Both the position numbers and the translations under genes were made by a program. The notes under the pieces are model-generated. The model ran no database searches. It was not told the origin of the DNA and was given only the letters and a program-made list of their open reading frames with translations. Positions 60,691-64,000 of a stretch of DNA of 64,000 nt are shown here, in pieces (within the stretch, counting starts at the first letter, position 1; each line of letters opens with the position of its first letter). Source of the stretch: the human T2T-CHM13v2.0 reference genome, Homo sapiens; NCBI RefSeq assembly GCF_009914755.1, contig NC_060933.1. One strand, 5' to 3'.

Positions 60691-61619
60691 ATTTTTAAAA
60701 TCAACTTTATACCTCCAACATATAATTGTATCCTCACAATTACATGTATGCTAATATACATACACTAAAATGCACTCATTGTAAGTGTCTAGTTCAAGGA
60801 ACTTGGGCAACTGCATATACCCATGTAACCCCTATTCCACTAATTTTTTTTTAATGAACCTTATTATAGGCCCAATTGTTTTTCTCCTCCACACACCCTT
60901 CAAAAACCATAGTGTCTGGCTGTTGTGTTAGCACCTAAGGGCAACTGAAAAGGCCTTCAGAACAGTGAGCTCAGGTTCTCAGCACTCCTTGAGTAGTCCT
61001 TTGAGCCATCCAGAGAGCTCACAACCTGACTTCAGGGAGATCCAGAATTACAGAGTGGTGCCTTCCCCATGTCTCCCAGAAGCACTGAGCTCCTCTCTCC
61101 TTCATGGTCCCAAGTTCCCTTTTCTGAGAAGAACTTGCCTCTCCCTCTGCCACTGCTCCATTTGGACCTTAGTGAGTTGTCATCATAGATCACAGTCACC
61201 ATGGAACTCGTGCTCTTAACAACGTAACGTACACTATACTGACTCAGTCTCAAATCACCTAGAAGTTTTTTAAATCAGATTCCCAGGTTCTACCACTGAA
61301 GACTGATTCATTAGGTGGGAAATAAAGCCCAGGTATCTATTTTCTGAAAAGTGATTTTGATAATCTATTGATCTATGAACCTATTTTCCTAAGTGATTCT
61401 GATCAGTTGGATTTTGGAACTACTATAAAAGAACAGTAGTTCTTCTCAATGTGCCAAGATGGCACACAACCTAGAAATCGTGAGACTCTTTAGAAGACCT
61501 TGAAATATACACTTTAATAATAATAAATAAAATCGTACTAAATCAGATACCATCTTATACCGGCAGTAGCAGGCTATCAAAAATTTAAATAAGTATATAA
61601 CAAATTTACTGGAATCTCA

Positions 61620-62458
61620 AATCCAGCAGAGATGGAGTAACATGGACCACATTTACCCTTCCATCTGAAACAACCAAAATTCCATCGATCCATCCATCCT
61701 TCTCTCGAACAATGTTTTTCAAGAGACTGGAGAACAGACAACAAAGCACAGTGATCCCTGAGAGAAGTAAACAAGTGAGCTGAGCCCTCTGATGCCCCAG
61801 CTCACCACTTTGAGAGTTTCCAGATTATGGTGCAAGGAGGGGGGACCTAAGCAAAGCCCAGCAAACACCTGGAGCTGAGAGACAGAGCTAAGCGTCCAGG
61901 GAAACCAAGGCAGTTGAGTTTGCAGCACAGAGTGCTGGAGTGAAGAGAGCTGCACAGAGAAAGAACTCCAGAGATCTGCAAGAGCCCCCTCAAGTATATA
62001 GCTAAGTACTGATTAGCATGTGTATGTGAGGAAATAACTTAAGCCTGCACAAAGAACCAGCAAAAAAGATTACAGGTGCAGTAGCTGGTACTCACACAGG
62101 GTTAGAAATAATGCCTATTCCCCCCAGCCGAAGTGGAAAACTCATGTTCATGGTGCATTGGATAGAGTACACAATAGAGTATTACCTTAGAAATGGAGAA
62201 TAAAATTCTAGGTTGCCTAGTCTAGCCCTAGACTGAGCACAACTCCAATCCCACTTAACAAACCTTAAAAAGCAAGACTCGGAAGGAGCACATTATTTCA
62301 AAGTAACATAGACAAAACATATGAAACAATGGTTTTCAAGACATTAGGCAACAAAGTGCAGCAATGCCTTGAAAGATGGAAAAGAAAGAAGTGAGCCTAT
62401 GACTGCCTCAGATTACTCCCCTGAGGAAACCCAAGAATATTTATAAGAATACAAAAAC
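61620..62458 (+). mobile_element. Old L1M 5'-end (5'UTR) fragment
   Basis: agatggagtaaca...cagtgatccctgagag...gagagctgcacagaga...gatctgca, typical of L1MC/MD 5' ends. Confidence 0.65.
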
Positions 62459-62459
62459 A

Positions 62460-62612
62460 GAGGGAGAGCATCAGGGTAAATAGCTAATACATGTGGGGCT
62501 TAATACCTAGGTGATGGATTGACAGGTGCAGCAAACCACCATGGCACACATTTACCTATGTAACAAACCTGCACATCCTACACATGTATCCCAGAAGGTA
62601 AAATAAAATAAT
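62460..62612 (+). mobile_element. L1PA 3' end fragment
   Basis: ggggcttaatacctaggtgatgg...gcagcaaaccaccatggcacacatttacctatgtaacaaacctgcac. Confidence 0.88.
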
Positions 62613-62951
<339 letters not shown>

Positions 62952-63459
62952 TCATGGCCCACTGGCCCACTATACGTACAGGATTATATGTTTTTAAAAA
63001 AAAAAAAGTGATTCAAAGAGCATTGTACAAACAAAACAAGATAAACATTTAAGATAGATATGATTATCATCCAGTTTACCAATGAAGAAACTAACGAACA
63101 GATCAGTTAAAGTCAAACATTTAGTAAGTGAGACAGCTGGGACTAGAACCCAGGCAGATTTGGCTCCAGAGTCCATGTCCCTAATCACTATGCTACAGCT
63201 CAGCATGCCACTGCATAGTTTAAAAAAGAAAAGACAAAAACACAATGTAAACCTCAAAGGCTCCCAAATGCATTCAGGAGTTAAAAGACCGTCATTAGCA
63301 GGACATGCGATGCAAGACTATTTGCAATTTAGCCTCAGTGAGACCAGACTTATCAGCTTCATCTGCCCACCACCCCCTACCAACCCACATGCCCCCACAT
63401 TTTAGTCATGTTAATCTTACCATCAGGCCTCAATCACTTACATGCCTTGTATATACATT

Positions 63460-63830
63460 TGTCACTTATTGCACTATTTCAGAGGGGCTGGGCACTGTGC
63501 TAAGCTTAATTTTATATACAGCACCTCACTTTACCCACATGACATACTGTGAGGGAGGGAGGATCTACAGCACTTTACAAAAGTAAGAATCTTCTAGAAA
63601 TTGAATTGCTTGCCCAAAGACAAATATCTAGTAAGTGGCAGTGTATGAACTCAAGCCCAGGTCTGTTCTTACTTCAAAGGGCATGCTCTTTATCATAATT
63701 TCCCCACCTAAAATGTGTTCCATCTCCTAACAATGTCCTATTTATTCAAGATGCATCTAGAACAGTGCTTGGCAAGTAGTAGGCACTTAAGAGATATTTG
63801 CTGAATGAATGGAAAGTGAATGAACAAATG
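63460..63830. mobile_element. MIR followed by an L2 3' end
   Basis: ttgcccaaag...ctagtaagtggcag; ctagaacagtgcttggcaagtagtaggcact...tgctgaatgaatg. Confidence 0.7.
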
Positions 63831-64000
63831 CCTCCTCCTCTCTGGAGGCTTCTCTCACCCCCTTACAAAGCTCAGTTGCTCTCTCCACACCGTCACAAAA
63901 CTGGTTTCAAAGCCCTGTTATAAGGCTTCCCAGGTGGTATTCTATGCTTTGTACTTATATATACATATTACCTACTACACTGGGAACTTTGTTTCACTTC

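Overview
Primate (almost certainly human) genomic DNA lying inside DENND1A (connecdenn-1, a Rab35 GEF; human 9q33.3), which is transcribed from the minus strand. The only real coding sequence is the 71-nt exon 2 (48842-48912, minus strand; K/QNPETTFEVYVEVAYPRTGGTLS/D). Everything else is intron 1 (48913-end) or intron 2 (start-48841). The introns hold: a near full-length, disabled processed pseudogene of PIGF (probably PIGFP2) inserted with a perfect 16-bp TSD into an old L1; a near full-length Tigger1 transposon carrying a nested MADE1 hairpin; about 29 Alu copies or fragments; many L1M/L2/MIR relics; MaLR (MLT1) LTR and internal pieces; MER115 and MER5; and microsatellites. Nearly all ORFs in the supplied track are Alu/L1/Tigger-derived or random. 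I found no support for a previously undescribed biological system. The most testable leads are the miR-548-like MADE1 hairpin, the antisense PIGF retrocopy, a candidate recursive splice site, cryptic or Alu exons, and CpG-retaining candidate enhancer patches. Repeat subfamily calls and old-repeat boundaries were made by eye and are approximate.
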